This document shows positions 9,368 to 19,164 of a stretch of DNA of 64,000 nt, piece by piece. Position 1 is the stretch's first letter. Every line of letters starts with the position of its first letter. Source of the stretch: Candidatus Magasanikiibacteriota bacterium (lineage in GTDB: Bacteria; Patescibacteriota; Patescibacteriia; Magasanikbacterales; GWA2-37-8); contig JBAYNU010000002.1 in NCBI GenBank assembly GCA_041678665.1, positions 5,039 through 69,038 of the forward strand, given 5' to 3'. The notes beneath the pieces are model-generated. The model was not told the DNA's origin. It was given only the letters and a program-made list of their open reading frames with translations, and did not search any database. The translations under genes were made by a program, and so were the position numbers.

Positions 9368-9835
9368 ATGCAAGACGATCCCCAATATTTATCTGTTGAT
9401 AGTTTAGAAAATTTAAAGAAGGAGTATGAGCTTTTAAAGGTAAAAACTTTACCCGAAATTGCCAAGCGTATTGATGAAGCCAAGCAACAAGGCGATCTTT
9501 CGGAAAACGCCGAATATCATCAGGCGCGTGAAGATATGTCTTGGGCTAAAGGGCGTATGGATGAATTGGAATCTATCATCAATAACGCTCAAATTATCAC
9601 CAAAAGTTCTCAAAAACAGGGTAAAATTAATGTCGGTAGCACCATAGATATAAAAGTAGGTGACAACGAAAGAAAATACACGATTGTAGGGCAGCAAGAG
9701 GCCAACCCGTCCAAAGGCCTGATTTCCAATGAATCTCCCTTAGGAAGGGCATTTTTAGGCCATGAAGCAGGTGACGAGGTGGATGTGGTGGTCCCGGCAG
9801 GCAAGCAGACGTATCATATTATCAAAGTAAGCTAA
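9368..9835 (+). CDS. greA: transcription elongation factor GreA
   Basis: N-terminal coiled coil with DLSENAEY acidic tip, C-terminal FKBP-like domain; start at MQDDPQ. Confidence 0.9.
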   Translation: MQDDPQYLSVDSLENLKKEYELLKVKTLPEIAKRIDEAKQQGDLSENAEYHQAREDMSWAKGRMDELESIINNAQIITKSSQKQGKINVGSTIDIKVGDNERKYTIVGQQEANPSKGLISNESPLGRAFLGHEAGDEVDVVVPAGKQTYHIIKVS

Positions 9836-9850
9836 AAGAGATTTTCTTTG

Positions 9851-9877
9851 CCGCCCTTTTGATAGGGCGGTTTTTGT
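9851..9877 (+). terminator. intrinsic terminator after greA
   Basis: CCGCCC-ttttgata-GGGCGG stem followed by TTTTT. Confidence 0.7.
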
Positions 9878-9978
9878 TGAAAAAAAATGTTATTTATGAT
9901 AGGATATAAAGAGAAGAGACATTTAAACTATTTAGAAATTAAAACAAATTTCATTGTTTTTTAGTATTTTTATAAAAT

Positions 9979-11436
9979 ATGGCTTATTTAAAAGAAGACG
10001 CCGTGCGCCTGCAACATTTAGAAAATTTACGCGCTCAAAAAATTAATGTTTTTCCGGCTAATGTTACTACCAAACAAACATTGGCTCAAGCAAAAGATAG
10101 TCCTGTTGGTGGCGCTGTTCAAGTTGTTGGACGGTTAATATCCAAAAGAGAAATGGGCAAGATAGCCTTCTCTCATCTTAAAGATTTTAGCGGTCGGCTA
10201 CAAGCTGTATTTTCAGAAAAGGAGTTAGGCAAAGAGCAGTACAAATTATATGCCAAAGATATCGATGTGGGTGACTTTGTTTCTGTTGAAGGAGAAAATT
10301 TTGTTACTAAGGCCGGGGAAATATCTATTTTAGTAAAAAAGTTTTTAATTATTGCCAAAGCTTTATTACCACTTCCGGAGAAGTTTCACGGCTTAAATGA
10401 TACTGAAATTCGTTACCGTCAGCGCTATTTAGATCTTCTGGCTAATGAAGAATCAATGCAGATTGCTAAAACCCGTAGTTTATTGGTGCGTGAAATTCGT
10501 AATTATTTTGACAATCATGGTTTTTTTGAAGTAGAAACGCCAATTTTACAAACTCTTTATGGTGGCGCCAACGCCCGGCCGTTTGTCACCCATCATAATG
10601 CGTTAGATATTAATTTATATCTGCGTATTGCCCCCGAATTATATTTAAAGCGTTTAATTGTGGGCGGGTTTGAAAAGGTTTATGAAATTGCCAAATGTTT
10701 TCGTAATGAAGGTATTGATCAAAATCATAATCCTGAATTTACTCAAATCGAATTCTATTGGGCCTACGCTAATTACACCCAATTAATGGATTTAATGGAA
10801 GATTTATTGCCTAGATTAATTACTGCTGTAGGATTACCTACAAAATTTAATTCTGACGGTCAAGAAGTTGATTTTACTCCGCCTTACCCACGCGTTACCA
10901 TGCGTGAAATTATTAAAAAATACGCCGGCATTGATATTGAAGATTATTCAGATCAAGCGAGCATGCTAAAAGTGGCTCAAAAATTGAAGGTGGATGGAGT
11001 TGATAAAACTACCGGAAGAGGAAAACTGATTGATGAAATTTACAAAGCTTATGCTCGACCCAAAATTGTCAATCCGATGTTTATGATTGACCATCCGGTA
11101 GAGTTGTCACCTTTGGCTAAAAAGAAAGCTGATAACCCTAATTACGTAGAACGAATGCAACTTTTATGTGTTGGCGGTAATGAATTATGCAATGCTTTTT
11201 CCGAGTTGAACGATCCAATTGATCAAGAAAATCGGTTTCAAGAGCAGGATCGTTTGGCCAAGGGAGGAGACCAAGAAAGTATGCCTTACGACGAAGATTT
11301 CATTATTGCCTTAAAGCACGGCATGCCGCCTACCGCTGGACTCGGGATGGGTATCGACCGGTTGGTTAAACTACTGGTGGGGGCGCAAAATTTAAAAGAA
11401 GTTATTCTTTTTCCTACTTTAAAACCAGAAAAATAG
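9979..11436 (+). CDS. lysS: lysyl-tRNA synthetase (class II)
   Basis: N-terminal OB anticodon-binding domain plus class II catalytic core motifs. Confidence 0.95.
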   Translation: MAYLKEDAVRLQHLENLRAQKINVFPANVTTKQTLAQAKDSPVGGAVQVVGRLISKREMGKIAFSHLKDFSGRLQAVFSEKELGKEQYKLYAKDIDVGDFVSVEGENFVTKAGEISILVKKFLIIAKALLPLPEKFHGLNDTEIRYRQRYLDLLANEESMQIAKTRSLLVREIRNYFDNHGFFEVETPILQTLYGGANARPFVTHHNALDINLYLRIAPELYLKRLIVGGFEKVYEIAKCFRNEGIDQNHNPEFTQIEFYWAYANYTQLMDLMEDLLPRLITAVGLPTKFNSDGQEVDFTPPYPRVTMREIIKKYAGIDIEDYSDQASMLKVAQKLKVDGVDKTTGRGKLIDEIYKAYARPKIVNPMFMIDHPVELSPLAKKKADNPNYVERMQLLCVGGNELCNAFSELNDPIDQENRFQEQDRLAKGGDQESMPYDEDFIIALKHGMPPTAGLGMGIDRLVKLLVGAQNLKEVILFPTLKPEK

Positions 11437-11488
11437 CGTGCTCTCAGAATACGATGGCTGACGAGCGATTGTAAAAAAGTAAATTATT

Positions 11489-11881
11489 ATGACTAAAGTA
11501 ATGGTGTTTGGCACTTTTGATATTATTCATCCTGGACATATTCACATGTTTAAAGAAGCCAAACAGTATGGTGATTATTTGGTGATAGCGGTGGCACGCG
11601 ATCAAACCGTCTGTGATATAAAAGGAAAAACCCCCAAATATAACGAGAATATTCGCTTGCAAAATGTGTTAGAATTACACTTGGCCGATAAAGTTCGCCT
11701 GGGTTGTTTAGAAGATAAGTATCAGGCCATTCGTGAGGAAGACCCGGATATAATTGCTTTGGGGTATGATCAAAAAGCGTTTGTGGATAATTTGGCATTG
11801 GTGATTCGTCCTGATGCCAAAATTGTGCGTTTGCAACCGTATTTACCGGAAATTTATAAAAGTTCCAAAATGATTAAATAG
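11489..11881 (+). CDS. cytidylyltransferase-like nucleotidyltransferase (TagD/RibL-type HxGH fold)
   Basis: GTFDIIHPGH motif at N-terminus, about 130 aa. Confidence 0.65.
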   Translation: MTKVMVFGTFDIIHPGHIHMFKEAKQYGDYLVIAVARDQTVCDIKGKTPKYNENIRLQNVLELHLADKVRLGCLEDKYQAIREEDPDIIALGYDQKAFVDNLALVIRPDAKIVRLQPYLPEIYKSSKMIK

Positions 11882-11886
11882 TAATT

Positions 11887-12912
11887 ATGCAAAGGATCCT
11901 TATTGCTACCACTAATCTCGGTAAGTTTAATGAAATCATTTCTGAATTTGCGGATTTACCCTTTAAATTTGTAAGTTTGCGAGATTTAAAAATGGACAAA
12001 ATTGATTTGGTCGAACCTTATCAGACTCTTTGGGAAAATGCTATATATAAAGCTAAATTTTTTGGCAAAAAAAGCGGATTGGTAACCATTGCGGAGGATA
12101 CGGGGTTTTTTATTAAAGCTCTAAATGGTAGTCCGGGTATCGCACCCAAACGATTTGCTGCCACCGAAGAAGAAAGAATTAATAAAGTCCTCAAAATTTT
12201 ACGCGGTATTCCCCAAAACAAACGCCAAGCATATTTTCAGACCGAAGCTTGTTTGTATGATCCCAAAAGCGACAGCTTTACAATTTTTACCGGTAAAGTT
12301 AGTGGCCTAATAACCGAAAAAGTTTTTGGAAAAGCCAGTCCGGGGTTAGATTATGATGCCATTTTTTATTATCCGCCCTTTAAACAAGTTTTCGCCAAAA
12401 TATCGTCAGAGCAAAAAAATTTAGTTAGCCACCGCGGTCAAGTAGTTCATCAAATAAAATATTTTTTAGTTAAAAATTATGCTTTGCGTCATATTGTGGT
12501 GGCAGTGGGAATATTGGTTAAAGATAAAAAAATGCTCATCACCAAACGCCGTGATTCTCGACCGCAATTTAACAATCGTTGGGAATTTCCCGGTGGGGCG
12601 GTGGATGACGGTGAAAATTTAGAGTCTTGTCTTAAGCGCGAAATCAAAGAAGAGACCGGTTATCAAATAAAAATTTTAAAACAACTTCCTGACTTAATAG
12701 TGCGTTCGGAAAGTAAATATGGCTACCAAGTTTTTCTATGTGTTTTTATCGCCGCACCCATTTCCGGCAGGTTGCAAATTTCAGCCAACGAAAATACCGC
12801 TTCGCAGTGGGTATCGTTACAACAATGTTTAAAAAAGAAATTTTTACCACTTAATAAAATGTTTATTAAGAAAAATTTTAATATTTTAAAAGAGTATGTT
12901 AAAATAAAATGA
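11887..12912 (+). CDS. fusion protein: non-canonical purine NTP pyrophosphatase (RdgB/Ham1) N-terminal domain plus NUDIX hydrolase C-terminal domain
   Basis: ATTNLGKFNE, EDTGFF and SHRG Ham1 motifs; C-terminal GGAVDDGENLESCLKREIKEETGY NUDIX box. Confidence 0.8.
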   Translation: MQRILIATTNLGKFNEIISEFADLPFKFVSLRDLKMDKIDLVEPYQTLWENAIYKAKFFGKKSGLVTIAEDTGFFIKALNGSPGIAPKRFAATEEERINKVLKILRGIPQNKRQAYFQTEACLYDPKSDSFTIFTGKVSGLITEKVFGKASPGLDYDAIFYYPPFKQVFAKISSEQKNLVSHRGQVVHQIKYFLVKNYALRHIVVAVGILVKDKKMLITKRRDSRPQFNNRWEFPGGAVDDGENLESCLKREIKEETGYQIKILKQLPDLIVRSESKYGYQVFLCVFIAAPISGRLQISANENTASQWVSLQQCLKKKFLPLNKMFIKKNFNILKEYVKIK

Positions 12913-12913
12913 T

Positions 12914-14167
12914 ATGTTAGATATTAAATTCATCAAAGAAAATTTATCATTAGTAAAAACCAATTGTCAAAATCGTGGCGTCCAAGTGGATGTCGAAAAA
13001 ATATTGGAATTGGATGGTCGCCGTCGAGAAATTTTGAAATTAGCAGAAATTTTACGGGCACAGCGCAAGCAAACTTCCAAAAGCAAGCCGAGTGAAGAGG
13101 AAATAATTAGAATGCGCGCCATTGGCGACGATATTAAAAAGCACGAGGCAATTTTAGCCGGGGTTGAAAGTGAGCTTAATGAATTAATGCTTAAAGTGCC
13201 CAATTTAACTCATCCTGACAGTCCGATCGGGGGAGAGGAGGATTTCAGAGTTGTTTACCAGAATAAAGCCCCGAAATCCTTTAAATTTACGCCTACAGAT
13301 CATGAAACTTTATTGCTAAAAAACGACTTAATAGACGGCGAACGTGGCACCAAAGTATCAGGGGCGAAATTTTTCTTCTATAAAAATAATTTGGTACGAA
13401 TGAATCGAGCGCTAATTAATTATGGCATTGACATCGTAACAAAACGCGGCTATATGCTTATGGAAACGCCGGATGTAGCTAAAGATTTAATTTTGACTGG
13501 CGTGGGATTTAACCCACGCGGACCAGAGACGCAAATTTATTCCGTAGAAAATAGCGACTTGAGCTTGGTCGGCACGGCCGAAATTACTATGGGGGGTTAT
13601 CACGCCGGTGAAATTTTGGATCTATCCAAAGGTGCCAAAAAATATGTAGCCCTATCACATTGTTTTCGTACCGAAGCCGGCGCTTATGGCCGAGAAAGCA
13701 AGGGGCTATATCGTGTTCACCAATTCACCAAATTAGAAATGTTTGTATTTTGTAAACCGGAAGAAAGCGAAAAATATCACCAAGAAATTTTAGATATTGA
13801 AAAAGAAATTTCTGATGGTCTAGGGTTATTTTATCGTGTAATTGACATTCCAACCGGTGATTTAGGTGGTCCGGCTTATCGTAAATATGATATTGAAGGT
13901 TGGATGGTAATGAAAGGAGAAAGGGGGTCGCAAGGCGGATTTGGAGAAATCACTAGCTGTAGCAATTGTACCGGCTACCAAGCGCGCCGGCTTAACATTC
14001 GCTACCGCAAAGATGACGGATCGACTGATTTTGTTCATACCTTAAATGGAACGGCAGTCAACAATAGTCGTTGGCCATTAATTATCGTTGAAACTTATCA
14101 AAATGAGGATGGCACAATTTCCGTGCCCAAAGTCCTACAAAAATATTGTCACCTAAAAAAATTATGA
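12914..14167 (+). CDS. serS: seryl-tRNA synthetase
   Basis: N-terminal coiled-coil arm plus class II core. Confidence 0.95.
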   Translation: MLDIKFIKENLSLVKTNCQNRGVQVDVEKILELDGRRREILKLAEILRAQRKQTSKSKPSEEEIIRMRAIGDDIKKHEAILAGVESELNELMLKVPNLTHPDSPIGGEEDFRVVYQNKAPKSFKFTPTDHETLLLKNDLIDGERGTKVSGAKFFFYKNNLVRMNRALINYGIDIVTKRGYMLMETPDVAKDLILTGVGFNPRGPETQIYSVENSDLSLVGTAEITMGGYHAGEILDLSKGAKKYVALSHCFRTEAGAYGRESKGLYRVHQFTKLEMFVFCKPEESEKYHQEILDIEKEISDGLGLFYRVIDIPTGDLGGPAYRKYDIEGWMVMKGERGSQGGFGEITSCSNCTGYQARRLNIRYRKDDGSTDFVHTLNGTAVNNSRWPLIIVETYQNEDGTISVPKVLQKYCHLKKL

Positions 14168-14595
14168 TTAAACAATTGACATCTAAACAATTCAAACAAA
14201 TATTTAGTGCTGTTCCACGATTATGTGTTGAGGTGATTATTCAAAGTAACAAAGGAGTAATTCTGACCAAAAGAACCATACCTCCGGCCATAGGTTTTTG
14301 GCATGTACCTGGAGGTACAGTATTAAAAGGTGAGAAATTGGAAGCCGCTGTCGTACGGGTGGCCAAAAGCGAGCTTGGATTAAAAGTAAAAGTCATTAAA
14401 TTTTTGGGGGTTATACAATACTCATTCAAAAATTATTTTGGCTCTCCCGTGGGCTTGGCATATTCTGTAAAAATTATTGGCGGAAAATTTAATTTCGATA
14501 AAAAAGTCGCCAGTGACGCTAAATTTTTCAAAAAATTACCCAACAATACTATTCCAGAGCAAAAAAAGTTTATTACTAAACATATCAAGCTGTAA
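14164..14595 (+). CDS. NUDIX hydrolase
   Basis: GGTVLKGEKLEAAVVRVAKSELGL NUDIX box; ATG overlaps the serS stop (ATGA). Confidence 0.7.
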   Translation: MIKQLTSKQFKQIFSAVPRLCVEVIIQSNKGVILTKRTIPPAIGFWHVPGGTVLKGEKLEAAVVRVAKSELGLKVKVIKFLGVIQYSFKNYFGSPVGLAYSVKIIGGKFNFDKKVASDAKFFKKLPNNTIPEQKKFITKHIKL

Positions 14596-14596
14596 T

Positions 14597-15712
14597 ATGC
14601 TCTCATGGGTAGAAATTGATTCTAAAGCTATCAAATACAACCTAAAACAATTCCGGCGCCTGATCGGACCCAAGGTGCTTTTAATGCCGGTGATAAAAGC
14701 CAATGCCTACGGGCATGGATTTTTAGAAATTGCCAAAATATGCGCAGAAAATAAGGATGTGGATAGAATTTGCGTGGTCAATTTAGACGAAGCGGTGGAG
14801 CTAATAAAAAATAAAATTAAAAAATCAATTCAAATTTTAAGTTTTTATGAATTAGATAATAAAAAAATTTATCTGGCCGTAAAACACAATGTTATTTTTC
14901 CGGTTTACGATATTACCCAAGTAAAATTTTTGGATCGAGTAGGGGAAAGGTTAGAAAAAAACATAAAAGTTCACATTAAAGTGGATACTGGGGCCGCTCG
15001 GTTAGGCATATTACCTAAACAAGTAATAGATTTCGTTAAAAAAATAACTAAATTTAAAAACATAAAAATAGAAGGAATTTTTAGCCACTTTGCTTCCAGC
15101 GAAGATGATAAAATTTATACCGAACACCAGTTAAATATTTTTAATAAAATCACTGAGAAGCTTAAGCAAGATGGTATAAACATACCTATTAAACACTTTG
15201 CTTGTTCAGCTGCTGGTATTTTGTATGCGCAGAGTCGTTTTAACGCTATCCGAATAGGTGTAAGCATGTATGGGTTATACCCCGACGAGCTATCTCGCAA
15301 AAAATTGCATCTTAAGCCGGCCTTATCTTGGTTTACCACCATAATACAAATCAAAACCGTTCCCGCTTGGACGAAAATTGGCTACGGCGGCTCTTTTACT
15401 ACCAAAAAAATTACTAAATTAGCAATTATTCCAGTTGGATATTGGGACGGTTACGATCGTCGTTTGTCCAATAATTCCGAAGTAATAATTAAAGGCAAAA
15501 AATGTCCGGTGCGGGGTAGGATTTGCATGAACTTAACCATAATAGATGTTTCGGCTGTAAAAAATATTAAGATAGGGGAAAGAGTAATATTAATTGGTGG
15601 CAAAAAAAATTGCTCTATAACCGTCGATGATATTGCCCATCATGCCACCACCATTAATTACGAGGTGGTTGATCGTATCAACCCACTGCTTATTAGAGTA
15701 ATAAAAAAATGA
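14597..15712 (+). CDS. alr: alanine racemase
   Basis: VIKANAYGHG PLP-lysine motif; start at MLSWVEID (ORF track begins earlier at 14477). Confidence 0.85.
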   Translation: MLSWVEIDSKAIKYNLKQFRRLIGPKVLLMPVIKANAYGHGFLEIAKICAENKDVDRICVVNLDEAVELIKNKIKKSIQILSFYELDNKKIYLAVKHNVIFPVYDITQVKFLDRVGERLEKNIKVHIKVDTGAARLGILPKQVIDFVKKITKFKNIKIEGIFSHFASSEDDKIYTEHQLNIFNKITEKLKQDGINIPIKHFACSAAGILYAQSRFNAIRIGVSMYGLYPDELSRKKLHLKPALSWFTTIIQIKTVPAWTKIGYGGSFTTKKITKLAIIPVGYWDGYDRRLSNNSEVIIKGKKCPVRGRICMNLTIIDVSAVKNIKIGERVILIGGKKNCSITVDDIAHHATTINYEVVDRINPLLIRVIKK

Positions 15713-16764
15713 GATATTTTCGTTCACAAGGAGTCCATCGGCAATTCGCCCCTTACCAGAGTAGTTGGCGTCGGTTTTTGAATAATCTACGCAAAAGAAA
15801 CAGAGTGGGCGCTGTGCCACAAAATGAAACCCGCACCAGACGTAATCCCTTTCGCCCAGCAGCCAAACGATCGTCTGTTGGTTCTAGAATAAAATTATCT
15901 ATTTTCTTAGCTTTAATTATATTTATAGGTTGGATAAGCGTGTTGGTTTATTTACCTTATTTTACTATCAACAAAGTAGAATTTAGCGGATTAAAAATAA
16001 TAAAACAATCAGAAATTGAGCAGGTTATGAAAGACGAATTTTTAAGCCCGAATAAATATTGGCCACGTAGTAACTATTTCATTTTACGCAACAAAAAAGT
16101 AGCCGCCGTTTTATCTCAGCATTATTCACTAAGTTCTGTTAACGTTACAAAAATTTTCCCTAATCAATTGAATATTTACTTGGAAGAAAAAATCTCCACT
16201 GTTATTTATGATAATGGTAAAGAATACGTAATGTTAGATCAAGAGGGGGGGATAATTAAGTACCTAACCAAAGTAGAAGATGATGAAATAATAAGCCGAA
16301 ATGTGGAATTAAATGCAAGCACAACTCCATTAGCTACTTCGTCAAATTTTAATTCAATTGCGTTAGATTCTGCGACCGCATCATCATCGCCGCCAGTTAT
16401 TGAGCTTGTACACATTCCTAATTATAAAAAAATAAAAAGTGAATTTGGGTCATATCCAATAATTTATGATACCCTGTCCGTTAGCAACCCTAGTTCCACG
16501 ATAGTTTTGCCTCCAGAGGTGATTGCGGGAGTAATAAATTTCTACACTCAAATTGAGAAGCAGGGGATAGGCCAGATTAAGTATATTATTAAAAGCAATC
16601 TGTTAGCTGGCATGCTGGCGAAGACAGATAAAAAATGGGATATTTATTTTAAACCCACCCAAAGTATTTCTGAGCAGATTAATAATCTTAAACTGATATT
16701 ACGCGAAAATAAACCCACTGCCTATATTGATCTACGTTACGGGGGGAGAGTGTATTGGAAGTAG
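15709..16764 (+). CDS. FtsQ/DivIB-like cell division protein (single TM plus POTRA-like domain), tentative
   Basis: basic N-terminus, one TM helix, extracytoplasmic domain with POTRA-like start; near the alr/ddl cell-wall genes. Confidence 0.45.
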   Translation: MRYFRSQGVHRQFAPYQSSWRRFLNNLRKRNRVGAVPQNETRTRRNPFRPAAKRSSVGSRIKLSIFLALIIFIGWISVLVYLPYFTINKVEFSGLKIIKQSEIEQVMKDEFLSPNKYWPRSNYFILRNKKVAAVLSQHYSLSSVNVTKIFPNQLNIYLEEKISTVIYDNGKEYVMLDQEGGIIKYLTKVEDDEIISRNVELNASTTPLATSSNFNSIALDSATASSSPPVIELVHIPNYKKIKSEFGSYPIIYDTLSVSNPSSTIVLPPEVIAGVINFYTQIEKQGIGQIKYIIKSNLLAGMLAKTDKKWDIYFKPTQSISEQINNLKLILRENKPTAYIDLRYGGRVYWK

Positions 16765-16873
16765 TGGTATAAGATTTGACATAGTATTAAGGGTAATATA
16801 TAATTGAGTATAATAACTCTTACACTCAATTATAGTACTCAAGAATTAAGTCAAAATAGTATTTTTACCAGCT

Positions 16874-17815
16874 ATGCACAGATTACCCTATCAGGACGAC
16901 TTTATTTTAAACCTGCGAGCAAACAACTTTTCCGAAGAAACCGCCTATAATTACGAGCGTGATTTGAATACTTTTGAATCTTTTCTTAATAACGATGTTA
17001 AAAAACCGTTTGAGGATGCTACCAAAACCGATATTTTGCGTTTCAAGGCCTATCTATCTTCCACTGACCGCAAAACTGCCACTGAACATCGTTCTAAACA
17101 AAAGCTAGGTAGTTTTTCTATCAACCGTATTTTATCGGCTCTGCGATCGTATCTAAAATTTTTAGAAGATATGGATCGTAAACCGCCCGTATCTTCGGCT
17201 ACGGTCAAATTATTAAAAACCGAGAAAAAGAACGCTCGAGTGCCAGAATTTGAGGAAATTATAAAAATAATCGAAGCGCCAACTAAGTATGAGGACGATG
17301 AAAAAGTCGCCCTACGTAATCGCGCCATGCTTGAGACACTTTTTGCTACCGGTATGCGCATTTCGGAGCTTTTATCGCTTCGGGTGCGTCAAATTGACCA
17401 AACCGGACGGGTATATATCATGGGAAAAGGGAAAAAACAACGATTTGCGTATCTCACTCCACGCGCTTTAGCCCATGTAAAAAATTATATCATCAAGCGC
17501 AACAGCACTTCGGAAATGTTATTTGTTCCCTACCGCGGACGAAATAGTCAAGAAAAGGACAAAAAAATCTCCGCCAATTATTTACAATTCAAAATAAAAC
17601 GTTACCGAGAATTGTTGGATGTAAATATTCCGGTGAGCGCACATACTTTACGCCATGCCTTTGCCACTTTTATGGCAGAAAAAGGCGCCAATCCGGCCGC
17701 TATTCAAATTTTGCTTGGTCACGAGTCTTTGGATACCACCACGCGCTATGTTCATGCTTCCGACAGATACGCGGAAAAAACTCACCACGAATTTCATCCA
17801 TTATTTAATAAATAA
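16874..17815 (+). CDS. xerD: tyrosine site-specific recombinase XerC/XerD family
   Basis: R...HxxR...Y catalytic motifs (LRHAFATFM...LGHESLDTTTRYVH). Confidence 0.85.
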   Translation: MHRLPYQDDFILNLRANNFSEETAYNYERDLNTFESFLNNDVKKPFEDATKTDILRFKAYLSSTDRKTATEHRSKQKLGSFSINRILSALRSYLKFLEDMDRKPPVSSATVKLLKTEKKNARVPEFEEIIKIIEAPTKYEDDEKVALRNRAMLETLFATGMRISELLSLRVRQIDQTGRVYIMGKGKKQRFAYLTPRALAHVKNYIIKRNSTSEMLFVPYRGRNSQEKDKKISANYLQFKIKRYRELLDVNIPVSAHTLRHAFATFMAEKGANPAAIQILLGHESLDTTTRYVHASDRYAEKTHHEFHPLFNK

Positions 17816-18096
17816 AAACAAAATTTGTAAAAAATTATCTTATAAAATATACTATCCGGTGAAATAAGAAAGGGTGGTAGATTCTATGAATGACAAAAAC
17901 CTGACCGAAAAAGGTCAGGACATGTTGCAAATCGCCTATCTTACAACAACCCGTCGCAACCCGTGGCCCGGAAGCTGGCGGGGTAGCAAACCAATGGGAG
18001 GGCGGTATCTCTTTGATCCGCCATCACCCAAACGCTCGCCCCCCGTCAAATCAAACAATGGAGGAACAACCAATTTCGAAGGAGAGGAATAAATTC
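17816..18096 (+). ncRNA. candidate structured non-coding RNA (class unknown), GC-rich, terminated by the hairpin at 18097..18140
   Basis: local GC well above the genome average, perfect hairpin CCTGACC-gaaaaa-GGTCAGG and other stems; the only ORF is a low-complexity P/G-rich 72-aa frame. Confidence 0.3.
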
Positions 18097-18140
18097 AAGT
18101 GGGTACACAGATTTCACCGGCTGTTTACCCACTTTTTTAT
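18097..18140 (+). terminator. strong intrinsic terminator (possibly bidirectional, lies between convergent xerD-side transcript and ddl)
   Basis: AAGTGGGTAcACAG...CTGTtTACCCACTT, about 13-bp stem, followed by TTTTTTATTTT. Confidence 0.75.
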
Positions 18141-18141
18141 T

Positions 18142-19122
18142 TTACAAACTCGCTTTTATAATTAAATCAAGCATCTCCGTAAAGTTAATCCCCGCCTTAC
18201 TAGCCGCCTCGGGAAATAAAGATGTTTGGGTCATGCCAGGGATGGTATTTGTTTCTAAAATATACAGATTGCCATCATCGGCTACAAAAACATCAGTTCG
18301 CGACATACCGCGACAGCCGAGCGCAATATGACATTTGATAGCTAACTCTTGGATAGCGTGATTAATTTCGTGAGGAAAATCCGCCGGACAAACATGAGTT
18401 GAGCCCCCGGCGGCATATTTTGACTTGTAATCGTAGAATTCTCCTAAGTTGGGCAGAATATGCGTTGGTGGCAGGGGTATCAACTTACCTTCTTTTTCAA
18501 TCACACCACAAGTTGCCTCTTGACCACGGATAAATTTCTGCATCATGAGCCACGAGTGCTGCTTGATGGTTTTCTCAATGGCCTTAATCATCTCTATTTC
18601 GGTTTTAACAATACTGACTCCCACAGCCGATCCTTGATCAACCGGTTTGACTACGCATGGCAATCCGATTCTTTTTTTGGCATCAGACAAAATCTTTTCT
18701 CGGGATTCTTTCCAATTGCGTTTTTTGAAGTGGATAAACTGAGGAAATGGTAAACCATTAGCAAAATATATTTGATTGGCAAAAACTTTGTTCATGGCTA
18801 GGGCGCTCGACATAACTCCGCATCCGGTATATTTAACCCCCAAAGCCTCAAGTAATCCCTGTACTCCCCCATCTTCGCCAAAAGTTCCATGTAAAGCAAT
18901 AAAAACAATATTTATTTTTTTACTTAGATCATACAAATTTAGCAGCTTACGTTTTTTATTTTTTAATAAATAAAATTTGTGATCTTTTCCCATTTCTATA
19001 GATAAAATGTTATACTTTTCTTTGTTTAAATTGTCACAAATCGCCTTGCCGGTAATCAAAGATATCGCTCGTTCAACTGACGCCCCGCCCATTATTATTG
19101 CAACTCTTAATTTTTTAGGCAT
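18142..19122 (-). CDS. ddl: D-alanine--D-alanine ligase
   Basis: ATP-grasp fold, N-terminal IIMGGASVERAIS motif. Confidence 0.9.
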   Translation of the reverse strand: MPKKLRVAIIMGGASVERAISLITGKAICDNLNKEKYNILSIEMGKDHKFYLLKNKKRKLLNLYDLSKKINIVFIALHGTFGEDGGVQGLLEALGVKYTGCGVMSSALAMNKVFANQIYFANGLPFPQFIHFKKRNWKESREKILSDAKKRIGLPCVVKPVDQGSAVGVSIVKTEIEMIKAIEKTIKQHSWLMMQKFIRGQEATCGVIEKEGKLIPLPPTHILPNLGEFYDYKSKYAAGGSTHVCPADFPHEINHAIQELAIKCHIALGCRGMSRTDVFVADDGNLYILETNTIPGMTQTSLFPEAASKAGINFTEMLDLIIKASL

Positions 19123-19164
19123 AAAATTTAATTAAGTTACTACATCACTTTTTGTTATTACCCG

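Noticed and set aside
17874-18092. 72-aa ORF in the xerD-ddl spacer
   Set aside because: The translation is Pro/Gly/Arg-rich and low complexity, with no SD and unusually high GC. A structured RNA is favoured, but no RNA family could be assigned.
17816-18096. Assignment of the GC-rich segment to SRP RNA, RNase P RNA, tmRNA or a known riboswitch
   Set aside because: Only weak partial matches (GGTCAGG, CCGGAAGC) to SRP helix-8 were seen. The hallmark RNase P P4 strings, the tmRNA tag-reading frame, and the B12/TPP/FMN box motifs are absent. It is left as an unclassified candidate.
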